Below, piece by piece: positions 26,227-40,130 of a stretch of 64,000 nucleotides of DNA. The stretch covers positions 27,466,001 through 27,530,000 of the forward strand of contig NW_025963835.1 in the NCBI RefSeq assembly GCF_023055435.1, read 5' to 3'. Under the pieces are notes generated by a model. It was not told the origin of the DNA. It did not search any database and saw only the letters and a list, made by a program, of their open reading frames with translations. This DNA is from Haliotis rufescens. Its lineage: Eukaryota. The position numbers were made by a program, and so were the translations under genes. Each line of letters begins with the position of its first letter. Within the stretch, counting starts at the first letter, position 1.

Positions 26227-26493
26227 GACCCGTGAGTTTGGGATAGAATAGGTCATCCTCAACCCATTCTTGCCAGAAAAAAGGCGACTATGTTTGTCAT
26301 AAGAGACAACTAATGGGATCAGATGGTCAGGTTCACTGACTTGGTTGATGCATGTCATCGTATCCCAATTTTGTGGATTGATGTGGATGATGTTAATCAC
26401 TGGTTTGTCTGGTCCAGATTTGATTATTTACCGACCATCGTCATATAGCTGGAATATTGCTGAGTGTGGCGTTAAACAACAAACAAACAAACA
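26227..26493 (+). mobile_element. Retroposon family B inserted into an older antisense B copy (26165-26541)
   Basis: Starts GACCCGTG; TSD AACAAGCA(C/T)A. Confidence 0.88.
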
Positions 26494-27002
26494 AGCATAC
26501 AGCTGCTGGGGACCTATTCTAACCCGGAATCCACATGGGGTCAACCTCCAAGGAGACATGGCTTCATATTTCTGTGAGGAGGTCCACAGAGGTCAGAGTG
26601 ACCGCAGGACCTCGTCTCCCCTCCTCAGTGGGGACGGATCAATGGCAGTATAATAGCATCAATCTAAACATGCCTCCTCTGCCGCCACAGAGATCTGTCT
26701 TTGTGGTCTTAGCTGACTTTCAGCAGTGGCCAGGTCAGCCCAATCCTAAACTCCACAACATAGACGGGAGTCACAACTTCTGCATTATTCAGACCTATAG
26801 ACACATGAACAGCTGGTCGTCTGGTCTCAAATTTGGATCCCGGGGTTGCAAATTTGCATATAAATTGTGTGGTTACACAGATTGTAGGTTAATGTCAACA
26901 TTGATAGCTGTGAAGAGATGTTGGTAAATAAAAACAAGGATATCTATTATACATATTGTAAATGATATGATATACATGATATACCAGCATGATAATATTT
27001 GA

Positions 27003-27754
27003 GTGAGTTGCTACACTGTCACCAAGCAGTCCATGAGTTGCTACACTGTCACCAAGCAGTCCATGAGTTGCTACACTGTCACCAAGCAGTCCATGAGTTG
27101 CTACACTGTTACCATGCAGTCCATGAGTTGCTACACTGTCAACAAGCAGTCCATGAGTGGCTACACTGTTACCATGCAGTCCATGAGTTGCTACACTGTC
27201 ACCAAGCAGTCCATGAGTTGCTACACTGTCACCAAGCAGTCCATGAGTTGCTACACTGTCACCATGCAGTCCATGAGTTGCTACACTGTCACCATGCAGT
27301 CCATGAGTTGCTACACTGTCACCATGCAGTCCATGAGTTGCTACACTGTCACCATGCAGTCCATGAGTTGCTACACTGTCACCAAGCAGTCCATGAGTTG
27401 CTACACTGTCACCAAGCAGTCCATGAGTTGCTACACGGTTACCATGCAGTCCATGAGTTGCTACACTGTCACCAAGCAGTCCATGAGTTGCTACACTGTC
27501 ACCATGCAGTCCATGAGTTGCTACACTGTCACCATGCAGTCCATGAGTTGCTTCACTGTCACCAAGCAGTCCATGAGTTGCTACACTGTCACCAAGCAGT
27601 CCATGAGTTGCTACACTGTTACCATGCAGTCCATGAGTTGCTACACTGTCACCAAGCAGTCCATGAGTTGCTACACTGTCACCATGCAGTCCATGAGTTG
27701 CTACACTGTCACCAAGCAGTCCATGAGTTGCTACTGTCACCAAGCAGTCCATGA
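27003..27754. repeat. 30-bp minisatellite, very homogeneous
   Basis: CATGAGTTGCTACACTGTCACCA(A/T)GCAGTC, about 25 copies. Confidence 0.97.
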
Positions 27755-28079
27755 CTTGCAACAAGCACATTTATACTGACCAATTACATGGGAAATCTAT
27801 ACAAGGCTGCACAGCCTTCAGATACATACAAACCTAATCTATTGATTTGCATCCTATGTATAGAAGTCATTTCCAGTTGTAAACTGACAAACATGTTAAT
27901 CTTGTAGGCTTCATATTACTAATTATCTGCTGACAGAGCACAATCATTATATGACTTCTAATTGGGTATTTTTCCAATGTAATGTTCTGCTACATCATGA
28001 GCTAATTCTGTTGAGACAAATCGTATGTTTCATTTATTCTCATGGTAATATTGGAATCATCAGTGTTTGAAATTAAGAG

Positions 28080-28482
28080 ATGGTGGGGATCAGGTAGAGG
28101 ATGGAATGGGTTAGGTAGAGGATGGAATGGGTTAGGTAGAGGATGGAATGGGTTAGGTAGAGGATGGAATGGGTTAGGTAGAGGATGGGATGGGTCAGGT
28201 AGAGGATGGAATGGGTTAGGTAGAGGATGGGATGGGTTAGGTAGAGGATGGGATGGGATGGAATGGGTTAGGTAGAGGATGGGATGGGTTAGGTAGAGGA
28301 TGGAATGGGTTAGGTAGAGGATGGGATGGGTTAGGTAGAGGATGGAATGGGTTAGGTAGAGGATGGGATGGGTTAGGTAGAGGATGGGATGGGTTAGGTA
28401 GAGGATGGAATGGGTTAGGTAGAGGATGGGATGGGTTAGGTAGAGGATGGGATGGGTTAGGTAGAGGATGGGATGGGATGGG
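28080..28482. repeat. 21-bp G-rich minisatellite
   Basis: GGTAGAGGATGG(A/G)ATGGGTTA, about 19 copies. Confidence 0.95.
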
Positions 28483-28778
28483 GAAGGTGGGGGAGAAGAG
28501 GTCCTCAGATCCTTTAGCTTTCTTCTATGTTATTTGAATGTAGTGCCCCAGAATTTTTCACTTTAACACTAGGGCTAATAAAAGACACTTCGACTTCATG
28601 CATAAATTCAAAAAATGAATTTTAAGTTAGACTTAGCAATTGTTATTCTACAGAAAAGGCATTTATTTATGCAACATGATATGAGTATGCAGATGGGAAA
28701 TCATTCACAAAGATTTTGCATTCATTGTACCCCAACCTTGACCACAGATTTCTTGTAATGGAGTTGTAATATAGTTAC

Positions 28779-28940
28779 AGTGAGTGAGTGAGTGAGTGAG
28801 TGAATGAGTATGGTTTTCCGCCGCTTTTAGCACTATTCCAGCAATATCACAGTTCACACATTGTACCCATGTCGGGAATCAAACCCAGGTCTTCGGCGTG
28901 ACGAGCAAACGCTTTAACCACAAGGCTACATGACCGCCCC
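28779..28940 (-). mobile_element. SINE family A
   Basis: TSD TT(G/A)TAATATAGTTA. Confidence 0.88.
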
Positions 28941-29374
28941 TTATAATATAGTTATAATATTGCATTAAAACATTCACCTACAATACCAATAACTGCAAGT
29001 GCAAGTCTTGTTGAAGTGTGTTTCCGTGTAACGAAGCGTTCCTCTTTCAATCAAAAACCAGAGACATGATCAGGACTTGCAACATTTCTCACATCCTTGC
29101 TTTATTTCATTATGTACATGTTAATCAAGTTACTGGTTTTTATGCCCGTGGTATTGTCCTCCAATACTAACATGATGAATCTACATAAGCACTGATCAAT
29201 GTGGCGTTCTGAACTACCATGCCTGGTCCCCTGCTGAGGAGCATCAGACTGTAGGTATTGATTGGAACCAGTAGATAGGATAGAAATAGAAACAGTTGGA
29301 CTTGGCAAAATATTATCCTAAATACACAGCTAAATATACACACGGAAAAAACAAACCACTTCACAGTAAACACA

Positions 29375-29938
29375 AAGGCACGATGCTGCAGTAAGCTATA
29401 GAGTGAATCACAGCTACATCCCAATGGCATGCTGCTGCAGTAAGCTATACAGTGAATGACAGCTACATCCCAAAGGCATGCTGCTGCAGTAAGCTATACA
29501 GTGAATCACAGCTACATCCCAAAGGCATGCTGCTGCAGTAAGCTATATAGTGAATCAAAGCTGCATCCCAAAGGCATGCTGCTGCAGTAAGCTATACAGT
29601 GAATCACAGCTACATCCCAAAGGCATGATGCTGCAGTTAGCTATATAGTGAATGACAGCTACATCCCAAAGGCATGCTGCTGCAGTAAGCTATAGAGTGA
29701 ATCACAGCTACATCCCAAAGGCATGCTGCTGCAGGAAGCTATATAGTGAATCACAGCTACATCCCAAAGGCATGCTGCTGCAGTAAGCTATACAGTGAAT
29801 GACAGCTACATCCCAAAGGCATGCTGCTGCAGGAAGCTATATAGTGAATCACAGCTACATCCCAAAGGCATGCTGCTGCAGTAAGCTATACAGTGAACCA
29901 AAGCTGCATCCCAAAGCCATGATGCTGCAGTGAGTTAT
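29375..29938. repeat. 49-bp minisatellite
   Basis: TGCTGCAGTAAGCTATACAGTGAATCACAGCTACATCCCAAAGGCATGC, about 11 copies. Confidence 0.95.
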
Positions 29939-30443
29939 ATATGTTATATCACAGCCAGCTTGATATGTAATAACAATGTTTAGCAACAACCCATGCCCCT
30001 CTCCAATCTAACTGAACACAACATAATAAACTCGACAATTTTGGAAGACATTTTGAAACAGAACAAAAAGTTGAAAAAGAGTTGTGTAAATCTCCACTTT
30101 GTTTCCCACTTCAATTGTCCTCTTCAGGCTAACGAGACTGAAATAAGGTCTGTAATAAGGCCATGAGGGACACATGCATCTTGGCTTATTGCCTTCTTGT
30201 AGTACGCACACACAAAGTAATGCTTTCAACCAGTTGGCGAAATTAGAAGTTATAGAACTAATATTGCGCCACAAGTAGTTTCCGAAATTAGAAGTCATAG
30301 AACTCCTATTAATCCAGTCAGTGTGAATCAAGAGTTGTTGGGTCATGCTGAGATCAATCTGGGGTGACAACAAAGAAGAGACTGTAACACTGGAAAAGAG
30401 GTGATTGGGGAAGGCACATAAACTTACATGTGGGCATCAAAAG

Positions 30444-30835
30444 ATTTGTTGGTTTTTGTTGCGTAACACAGCACTCGGCAGTATTCCAGTGTGACGGCAG
30501 TCTGGGTGAGTGAGTGAGTTTGGTTTTCGCCGCTTTTAGCATTATTCCAGCAATATCACGGCGGGGGGCCCCAGAAATGGGCTTCACGCATTGTACCCAG
30601 GTATGGAATCGAACCCTGGTCCTCAGTGTGACGAGCGAAGACTTTAACCACTCGGCTATCACACAGCCTCGATGGCAGTCTGGAAATAATCAAGTCTGAA
30701 CCAGACAATCCAGAGATTGACATCATGAGCATCAATTTACACAAATGGGATACGATGACATCCATCAACCAAGTCAGTGTCCTGTTAGTGGCCTCTTACG
30801 ACAAACATGGGTTGCTGAAGACCAATTGCAACCTG
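30444..30835 (-). mobile_element. Retroposon family B interrupted by a family-A SINE (30505-30665)
   Basis: TSD GA(C/T)GGCAGTCTGG around the inner SINE. Confidence 0.85.
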
Positions 30836-31162
30836 AAATCATCAGGTATTTATAGAATTTTACGGACAACCCAATTGCTCAAATTACTTATCGCCATTCA
30901 AGGATATGAATACAGAGAAGTTGGACTGACCATAGAATATTCCACAATGATACAAGAACAGTGATTGGTCGATGACATTTCCATTATAAATATGATCTTA
31001 AGAACTTCTCTCCTTACTGCTTTGAAAACTTTCTTGTCATTTATTCTAATGGTTCAAGTTTACATGTCAGAAGTATTTTGCAAGAATGATACTGCCTAAA
31101 TCCCATGATCACACAGCCTTGATGTATGAGGAAGCTGAAGCAATACAAATGATAAAAAAAAC

Positions 31163-31309
31163 TGTGAGTGAGTATGGTTTTACGCCGCTTGTAGCAATAT
31201 TCCAGCAATATCACAGCGGGATACACCAGAAACAGGCTTCACACATTTTTCCCATGTCGCGAATCGAACCCGGGTCTTCGCTTTAACCACTAGGCTACCC
31301 GACCGCCCC
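31163..31309 (-). mobile_element. SINE family A
   Basis: TSD GATAAAAAAA. Confidence 0.88.
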
Positions 31310-31760
31310 GATAAAAAAATAGACGAGTTTCAGTTACATGCTTTTGTTAAACATAACCTCATATTAAATAAGTTTGATGGGGATATTAATCATCATTGCA
31401 ATATAAACCAACAATATATGTATAACATGTTAACTACTGTAACATATCTCTGTATTCCAATAATAGAATTAGTACTTTACTGTTGTAAACATGGTAAATG
31501 ACCTCTGTCCAAGGTTGACAAAAAACACTTTTTTGGTAACCATCCATTTTTGAATTAAACTGTAAATGGTGGTAGGACATCTTTATGATTTAATCAGCTT
31601 TGGACAACACATTCTTTCATAATCATTACCAAACTTGGAAACATTTTTTGGACGTTTTGGATGACAATTAGTCAGTGTCCAAGAAAATGAACCAATATGA
31701 AACTATGTGGTGATTTTCCTGATGTAGGAATTTGGCAGGTATCATGCATATTTGGTGTAT

Positions 31761-32027
31761 GTTTGTGTTTGTTTGTTGTTGAACGCCACACTCGGCAATA
31801 TTCAAGCTATATGACTGCGGCTGTAAATAATCGAGTCTGGACCAGACAATCCAGTGATTGACATCATAAGCATCGATACACGCAATTGGGATACAATGAC
31901 ATGCATCAACCAAGTCAGCGAGCCTGACCACCCAATCCCGTAAGTCGCCTCCTATGACAAGCAAAGTCGCCTTTTACGGCAAGCATGGGTTGCTGAAGAT
32001 CTATCCTAACCCGGATCTTCACAGGTC
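31761..32027 (-). mobile_element. Retroposon family B
   Basis: Full-length; TSD TA(T/C)TTGGTGTATG. Confidence 0.9.
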
Positions 32028-34061
32028 TACTTGGTGTATGAATATCACAGCCTTAGCATCAATCATAATACAAAGACATCTCAATTTGTACACATGATCT
32101 ACACCAAGTCGAAACACAAGTGAATCAGTGAGTGAGTGGAGTGAGTGAGTGAGTGAGTGAATGTGTGTGGTTTCACGTTAAAACTACACCACCCTGATCA
32201 CAGCCAGAGCACCCAGAATGGCCACACCACAATAAACCTAGGTGAGAAATGGATTTCAAGTTTCATTTTGAACATGTTGAAGTAAAAAAATATTTTTGAA
32301 TCAAAACCGCTGAATAATATATCCACTGTATAATTCTCATAAAAAAACAAAAAATAAAAACTTGAAAAGTTGACTATGTTGTATGAAAGACTTTCACATA
32401 TGTTACATGTTATCCTGAACCTTAGGGGTTAAGAATTATAGATGTATACTGACATCAATCTATGGACCTGCTTCATAGTGTCTCCATGTCAAGAGTTAAC
32501 ACATGGAAAACAGCTGATAAACAAAGTCAAACATGAAGCACAGACACCATCTGATAATGTCCCCACTGAACCTTGATTAATGGCACCGTTAGGTACTCCG
32601 GCTGAGTCAAAGGAAAATTATCGGGGAGAACTTCATCTCAAGTCTTCTAATCACATCCTATGGTTACACCTTGTTTATCATGAACAGATTGGTGTATCCT
32701 GATGTTTCAACAATGCTAGATTCAGCATCCAATAAATGACATACCAGCATCCAGGGGAAAGAAACAGAAACCTAGATATGGCCTTTCAAGGATTCAGATC
32801 ACCACCTTCATCGGCCATTGGTCAATAATTATTTCTAATGATCACTGACTGTACAATACATGGGTCATTAGAACTGACTGACTACAATGACACTTCTGTA
32901 TCTACCTTTGATAAAACACGACTAGACATTATGATTTATAATTTCAATTACATCCAGTTACACTAGACATTATTTGTAAATAATCAGGGATTAAGATTAT
33001 CATGTGTAATTGTCTCATAAAATAAGCCGGAATTATCTATCAGCTGTACACACATTTTATCCCATAATCAACTGAATATCATGGTTATGCAGTCAAAACA
33101 TAACCCCTATAAAAACTCAAGTGTAAAGCAATGATCGGACAGAAACTAGATCTGAAACAATTATTGAGCCAAGAACAGTATTTTCTATCATGTTGTTAAT
33201 ACAGTTAATGCTTTTACAAAACATATATTCAAAATGAAAATAATCAAAAATAGCAGTTGTAATTTTGTTGAAGTTAACTTTGTCCCCTTTTCATTGAGAT
33301 TGATAATATGCTTTTTTATTTATGAATACCAAAATCTATTTTAACTATTCAAAGTGTGCATAAAGCGAGTTTATAATTTTTTCATTTTCAATTTGAAATA
33401 TGTCTATAAGTATTCCCTGTATACCAGGAACATACTGTGCCATTATCAAGTTAACCGCGCCATCGGCACTAAAATATAAGGAATTTCGAACTCTGCACAT
33501 TAAACTTGGATGGAACTACAAACACGTTATTAAATTGATCATTAACTTAATTTACAGACAATGTACCTAGAAATTAGACAATGTCAGTGACTACCCCCAG
33601 GGACATAACTAGAATATAAAACTAAGCGCCCTTGTCAGGCAAATTGTGATAAAAAAGCAAATTGGGAAAAAAACATGATCTTGTTCAAAATTGGCGCTTT
33701 TGTGTTTTAAGTTACTTTCTTAATTTCAGAGATATTTTATAATTGTCTTTTACTACTGTAATCAATAATGTAAAATTATAGTGACAGCCTCTTCCTCCTT
33801 ATTGGCCCTGTTATCAGTGAAACACCTGATGAAGTCACCTGATGAAGTCACCTGATGAAGCCATCCCACTAATTATAACCATATAAACATGAATCAGGAC
33901 ATTTTTCATTTCACTTTGGGAATTATTACTGACATTTGTCGCAGACATAGAGACGAATATCAACCTTTGAGCAGGTCTAGATAAATCCCTGACAGCTGAA
34001 CATTATAAGCATGTAACTGACAATCGTCAGAGGAACCGATTTGACAACACCTGACAAGTAC

Positions 34062-34141
34062 CTCTTCCAGAACTGGTGTGAAGCGTATACCATCCTAGCG
34101 TCCCATCCCTGCTGCCCGAAACACAGCCCGGTGGGGTACAT
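34062..34141 (-). CDS. Candidate alternative first coding exon (1b), MYPTGLCFGQQGWDARMVYASHQFWK(R)
   Basis: Within a CpG/GC-rich island (about 34060-34560); AGGATG start; AG|GTACTT donor in phase 2, in frame with exon 23337-23544. Confidence 0.45.
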
Positions 34142-34142
34142 C

Positions 34143-34288
34143 CTAGGGGCGCGAGGGATGGGGGAGGGGGTAGAGGAGGCCAGACTTGCCCGCTGATGCC
34201 GTCGTCGCTGCCAACACCATTAATGCTGCTCCTCCATCTGTGCTACCACTGCCGTCACACCCAGCTCGCTTTGATCCGTGGAGCGCAT
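34143..34288 (-). promoter_or_regulatory. Two chained upstream ORFs in the leader of exon 1b (34288-34220 and 34220-34143)
   Basis: MRSTDQSELGVTAVVAQMEEQH* overlaps the next ATG as TAATG; MVLAATTASAGKSGLLYPLPHPSRP* stops 1 nt before the main ATG. Confidence 0.4.
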
Positions 34289-35705
34289 CACAGATCTAGT
34301 TTCTACCAACACGCAGATGACGAACCCGATTCCTAAGGCTGCAGCAATGACAAAGGCAAGGCAGCCAAGAAAGTCGTGGCGACGAGTGGTGAGGAATTGA
34401 TCGTAGGACTGTTGTCAGCCGACGTGATGGCTGGTTAACACCAACAGTGAGACCCTGTGTCACACACGGCAAATTGCACCTCAATTAGACTCGGGAATAT
34501 CCATAACATCGCTGTCACCTGGGAACTCATTAAACCTGGCTGCCTCACACAACTAAGTCATCATATTGGCGGCGAATACATCACCCGATACTTCACATTC
34601 AACTGGTTGTGTTTCACTTACAGATATTCTCCAAACAGACTCAAATTAAATGCAATGAAATGTGAGGGCCTTCAAACCAGGTCCACTTTCACAGATGCAC
34701 ACATGACTCTTTTTCACAAAATGACAGAATGAAAAAAGGGGTAGGGTCATAAAAACTTATTGCCACAAGCCCTTTTTATCATCTGAATGGAAATTAAAAA
34801 TCACCAGCAATGAACTCGGGAGCATCTCCTGCAATTGCCATGGTAACCATCAAGGTGACAATTCTGGAATATCTCACAAATAACTGGTGAACACTCCACT
34901 CCCTAGTAACACTAGCTCTCACACTGTCTCTCCTGCACATGATAAACAGCAGCATAAACATGTTATCAAAAAGTGATCAAGCTGTAGAATCGGGTTTTAA
35001 AGATAACTTATTAACATGATTTATACCTTTATTTCTCAAAGGTGTATATAAGAATATTTTTTCCAAAGAGACAGTTATTATTGAGCAAGAAATATATTTT
35101 CACTTATTATCTTTCATGATGTGTTTGCACGCAGATAACAGCCATTATCTCCATTTGTTGTCCCAGTTGTAAGCATGGTAAGGGGGCATCCTAAATGTTA
35201 ATCTGATCAAAATATAAAACTGACTTTCAAATTCAACACTGGCTTGAGCTTGTGTATTCCTAAAATGGAAATATTTACTAAAATATAAAAATGATTTATT
35301 TTAGCATGGTTTCCATGGTTACTGGTACAATTCTAACCTGCAGAAATTCAGCCACTGAGAGAGATAAATAAACATCTTCAAAAGAATGGCAAAGGTTTGT
35401 TCCAGGCAAAACTACACAAATTACTGTTTCTGATGGTAAGGATGGTAAATTATTATTATAAGAACACACTTCTAACACAGGCTGGTTCAAGACAAAACAG
35501 AAACACTAATGTCACAGACAGTTGTAAGGAAATACATGTCAAACCCACTCATTTTCCTGCAGATGTTACTTTCTAAGAAACAATTAGATCTTACAATACC
35601 CAGGTATGTACATCATATATTGCTATTCACTGCAATACATGCATATACACATGGTATAACTGCCATACTGCTCCTACAGATACCTTCTCCCAAAATTGCT
35701 GTAAC

Positions 35706-36370
35706 GACTCCCTCAAATACCCTTGTATTACTGCTGTATCTGTTCCATTAAATACCCTTCTCTCATTATTGCTGTACTGATTCCTCAAATACCCTTCTCT
35801 CATTATTGCTGTACTGATTCCTCAAATACCCTTCTTTCATTATTCCTGTACTGACTCCCTCAAATACCCTTCTCTCATTATTGTTGTACTGACTCCCTCA
35901 AATACCCTTCTCTCATTATTGCTGTACTGATTCCTCAAATACCCTTCTCTCATTATTGTTGTACTGACTCCCTCAAATACCCTTCTCTCATTATTGTTGT
36001 ACTGACTCCCTCAAATACCCTTCTCTCATTATTGCTGTACTGACTCCCTCATATACCCTTCTCTCATTATTGTTGTACTGACTCCCTCATATACCCTTCT
36101 CTCATTATTGCTGTACTGACTCCCTCAAATACCCTTCTCTCATTATTGCTGTTCTGTCTCCCTCAAATACCCTTCTCTCATTATTGTTGTACTGACTCCC
36201 TCAAATACCCTTCTCTCATTATTGCTGTACTGACTCCCTCACATACCCTTCTCTCATTATTCCTGTACTGACTCCCTCAAATGCCATTGTCTCATTAATG
36301 CTGTGCTGTCTCCCTCAAATACCCTTCTCTCATTATTCCTGTACTGACTCCCTCAAATACCCTTCTCGCA
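35706..36370. repeat. 37/38-bp minisatellite
   Basis: CCCTCAAATACCCTTCTCTCATTATTGCTGTACTGACT, about 17 copies. Confidence 0.95.
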
Positions 36371-37108
36371 TAATTCAAGCAGGGGCAGAAATATATCCTC
36401 GTCTCACATTTTGTGATAGCTTTGTTAGTTTACAAAATCAATCAGCTCGGACATATCTAACTGAAAATAGCCACTGAAATGCACCTGCACTTATATGGTC
36501 AACAGATTGGCTATGTGATGAGAGTCAAGCCTTGAGAACCACCTACTCATGAGGGAGGGGGGTGAGGGGGGTGAGGGCAGGTGAGGGGGGATAAGGGGGA
36601 TTGGGGGAGCCTCAGCTGTCACAGACATGTTCCTGATCATAGATGTGAGTGAGAATCAAGATCGAATATCAGGCAGTTTCTATGACTCAGGCTCTACGAA
36701 GGATCTATACCATCAAAATAATAGATCAGTACATCGCAGACAGTTGTTTACAAGCCCAGGAGCGAGGACTGACTCCAAGACATTAAGTTTGAGCACATAT
36801 TGACCATACAAGGAACAAGTTTATTTATACCACGCTTAATATACTAACACATGCGGAAGACAATATCTCTGGCAAACGAGATATATATGGACAAAATCTG
36901 TAGATACTAGTGCTGAAATTATTGGGACATATACTACTCAAAATAAGTTAGAGAACACTTGATTTTTTTATATGACTAGTTAATCTGTTGATATATATAC
37001 TACTCAAAAGAAGTTAAAGAACATTCAATATTTTTCATATGACTGTAGCTTAGTTGGCGTGTTATGACAGATTAACAACAGCCATATGAATAATTGTGTT
37101 AGTATGTA

Positions 37109-37291
37109 GTTTTTTGTTGTTTAATGTCGCACTTAGCAATAATCCAGCCATATGACGGTGGTCTGTAAATAATTGGGTCTTGATACGATGACATTTGCAA
37201 GTCAGCAAGCCTGACCACCCGATCTCCTTAGTCACCTCTTATGACAAGCATAGTCGCTTTTACGGCAAGCATGGGTTGATGAAGACCTATT
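37109..37291 (-). mobile_element. Retroposon family B, deleted
   Basis: Partial body. Confidence 0.8.
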
Positions 37292-37776
37292 TTACAGATA
37301 AACTATCGTCATGAAATATTTGTATGTTCTTCTTGTCTTCTTGTGAAAAGTATATGCTAATGAACTATTTGGGGAGGAGGGGGAATGCCATTTTATTTAA
37401 TAATAGTTACATCCTCATATATGGCATGTCTCAATGTGAATGAATTAGTGAGTTAAAGGCGCTTTAACAGAATTTCAGTTATATCACGGCATGTCAGCTT
37501 GATGAAGGAGAAAGCCAAAGTGATGCTGGTCTTTGATGTCCCACGAGCAGGGCTATGGTGCTGCCAAGCCCACAAACATAATCAGGGCGAATGAGGAACC
37601 CACAATCATGGGATTCTAGCTGCCTAAGGAATTCAGCTCTGTACAGAGGCGTGGAATACCACATATGGTATGGTATGGTACATATGGTATGTAGATTTTT
37701 TTTGTATTTCCACAGACAAAATGACCACTTCACCATTCAGTGAAATATGTGAGCAATACTGAGCACTGGTATCGAG

Positions 37777-38070
37777 TTTGTTTGTTGCTTACCACCTCAC
37801 TCAGCAATGTTTGTTTGTATATTTGTTGTTTAACGCCGCACTCAGCAATATTCAAGCTATATGGCAGCGGTCTGTAAATAATCAAGTCTGGACCAGACAA
37901 TCCAGTGATTGACATAATGAGCATCGATCCCTGAAATTGGGATACGATGACATGCATCAACAAAGTCAGCAAGCCTGACCACCTGATCCTGTTAGACACT
38001 TCTTTCGACAAGCATAGTCGGCTCTTAAGGGTTGCTGAAAACCTATTCTCTACCCAGATCTTCATGGGTC
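37777..38070 (-). mobile_element. Retroposon family B with a duplicated 3' tail
   Basis: Body plus an extra CACTCAGCAAT tail copy. Confidence 0.85.
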
Positions 38071-38835
38071 ACATCCCATTGTAGTGCAGTCATAATCTGG
38101 AGCATGTCAGTCTATCAAGTTGTTATTCAATGTGTGCGATCGTTGAAATCAAGAAAAACAAACATGACTTTCTGTTTTCCTGACCAATCCTAATCTACCT
38201 CCACCTCGCAGGTTGCATCATACATTTCCATATCCTATCCCCAAGACTTAAATTTTCTGTGCTTTTCTACACATCATAATCTTCAAAGTGGTGTACTTAA
38301 ATGTCATTTGCAAGTAGGATTTAAATGATACTCAAAATTACCATTTCTCAAAGAAGAAAAGAAATAAAATATTCCAGAGCTCCAGATAGCATTTTGAGCT
38401 ATTGAGTTTTTACTCTAGGGTTTCTATTTTAATTATTTAGTTATTACATTTTTCATTTTTCAATTTTTTTTCACTCATCTATTCATCACAAAATGAAATA
38501 ATGTTTTAGATGTATGTAACTGTTTTAAATATATAGGCTTGACTCGGAAATTAAATTAGCTCGTAATTGTGTTTTGGAAATTAGCTCCATTGTATGCATG
38601 CTGAAAAAGCTTCATTTGGTATTTACGCATACTGTTTTTATACATTTAGGTTTTTTATTTAATGCATATGTTTCTGTAGCAAGTTAATTGTAGCTCTGAA
38701 AATCCAACCAACCTACCCTACAGCACAAACCCAGGCTATTCTCTATTTTGTGCACAGGTGGCATTACTGACAGGAAACAATTTTTTCAATTTCCAACACC
38801 GATAAATAATATCATTTGGTATTCTCATAGGAACA

Positions 38836-39171
38836 AGGTGAAGTGGGATGAAATGGGGTTCAATGTCGCGTTTAAGATTACTGCAACGTGCATGCATGCA
38901 TGTGTGCATGCAGGCGCATCTGCTTTTACTAGTGTGGACTAATGATGGTTTTATAGTGCTAGCCCACTGAGATACCATGCTGTTTAACATGACAACCCCA
39001 CTGAGACACAATGTACTGACTGAGACGACCAGTCCTTGTTTTATCCACTTAATGCCAAGCACCAGGCAAGGTAACAACAAGTACCATCTTTTAATGTTTT
39101 GGATTGAAACCCCCGACCTTCTGCTCTCTGGACAGACAGACGCTCTATCCACTAGACCACAGTGGGAGGTC
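38836..39171 (-). mobile_element. SINE family C, second copy
   Basis: Colinear with 9273-9684. Confidence 0.8.
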
Positions 39172-39737
39172 TAGGTGGGAGGGACACAAAAGATCATCCA
39201 CATCAAACATTCAGTGGCATTAAAATATCGACTCTCCTTCAACATGTCACGCTATTAATTGTTAAAGAGCTGAAGTCAGTCAAAAGCATAGAGATCTTTA
39301 TCAATGGTTGTTTAAAATTGATTTAGAATAATTCAGAAATACTGTATTCATTAGCGGGTCCAAAATCAATATTGACATCATTAATGTGTTCTGAATTCCA
39401 TAAAAAGACACCTCATCATAAGGCTAATAAAACTATTTTTATTGGTTTAAATGTAGAGCTCACTTTATATTGCTGACATATCTCATATCATTTCAAAAAT
39501 GAATAAATATTTTCCATATTTGAATTGTGTTGAGGCCATAAAGTGTTCGATGTAGTATTCCACACCAAGCACCTTTAGCAGGCAAGTAGGGGCAAATAAT
39601 CATAATATTGTTGAAAATGTGATTTGATGTTCTTATCTTTATATATTCTGAGAAATTGGGAATTATTAACTGTCATTTGCTGACGACTTAGGAACGAATA
39701 TCTCGATAAAACCCTGAATGTAGCCAATGTTCCAAAC

Positions 39738-40035
39738 CAGTGTTTAAAATACGCGCCTGCCCGATAGTCGGAGACGGTATATTTTGCTGACGGACGGTCA
39801 GTTTTGAACAGTTGCACGCCCAATGGTGAGGGGTTAAAGTTACCAAGTTGACAATCCACCAGTTTATTGTTGTTTTCTGAGAACTCACATTAAACAGTAC
39901 TAGTGTTATGTTTACCCTTTTGTAACTTTTGTTCGATAGTCTAGAAACTACTGGACTGGCAAATTTTATCTGGTCTGGTAACTTTGCAATGTTGCCCGTC
40001 CGGCTGTCTGAAATTTTGGGGAATTCCATACACTG
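39738..40035. mobile_element. hAT-type MITE
   Basis: CAGTGT...ACACTG termini and perfect 8-bp TSD TTCCAAAC. Confidence 0.8.
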
Positions 40036-40130
40036 TTCCAAACCCTTTTGAATACAGTAGTACAAGTCCCTGGACCGTCAAACAAAGGATACTGGGAGTC
40101 CATTAGAATCGAAAGCAGTCAAGTCATCAT

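Noticed and set aside
26895-27779. 251-291-aa ORFs on both strands
   Set aside because: 30-bp tandem repeat that is open in several frames by construction.
33822-33860. Hammerhead core CTGATGA (also at 46631, 56528 and 49324)
   Set aside because: No stem II followed by GAAA; the 33822 case is a 13-bp triple tandem repeat.
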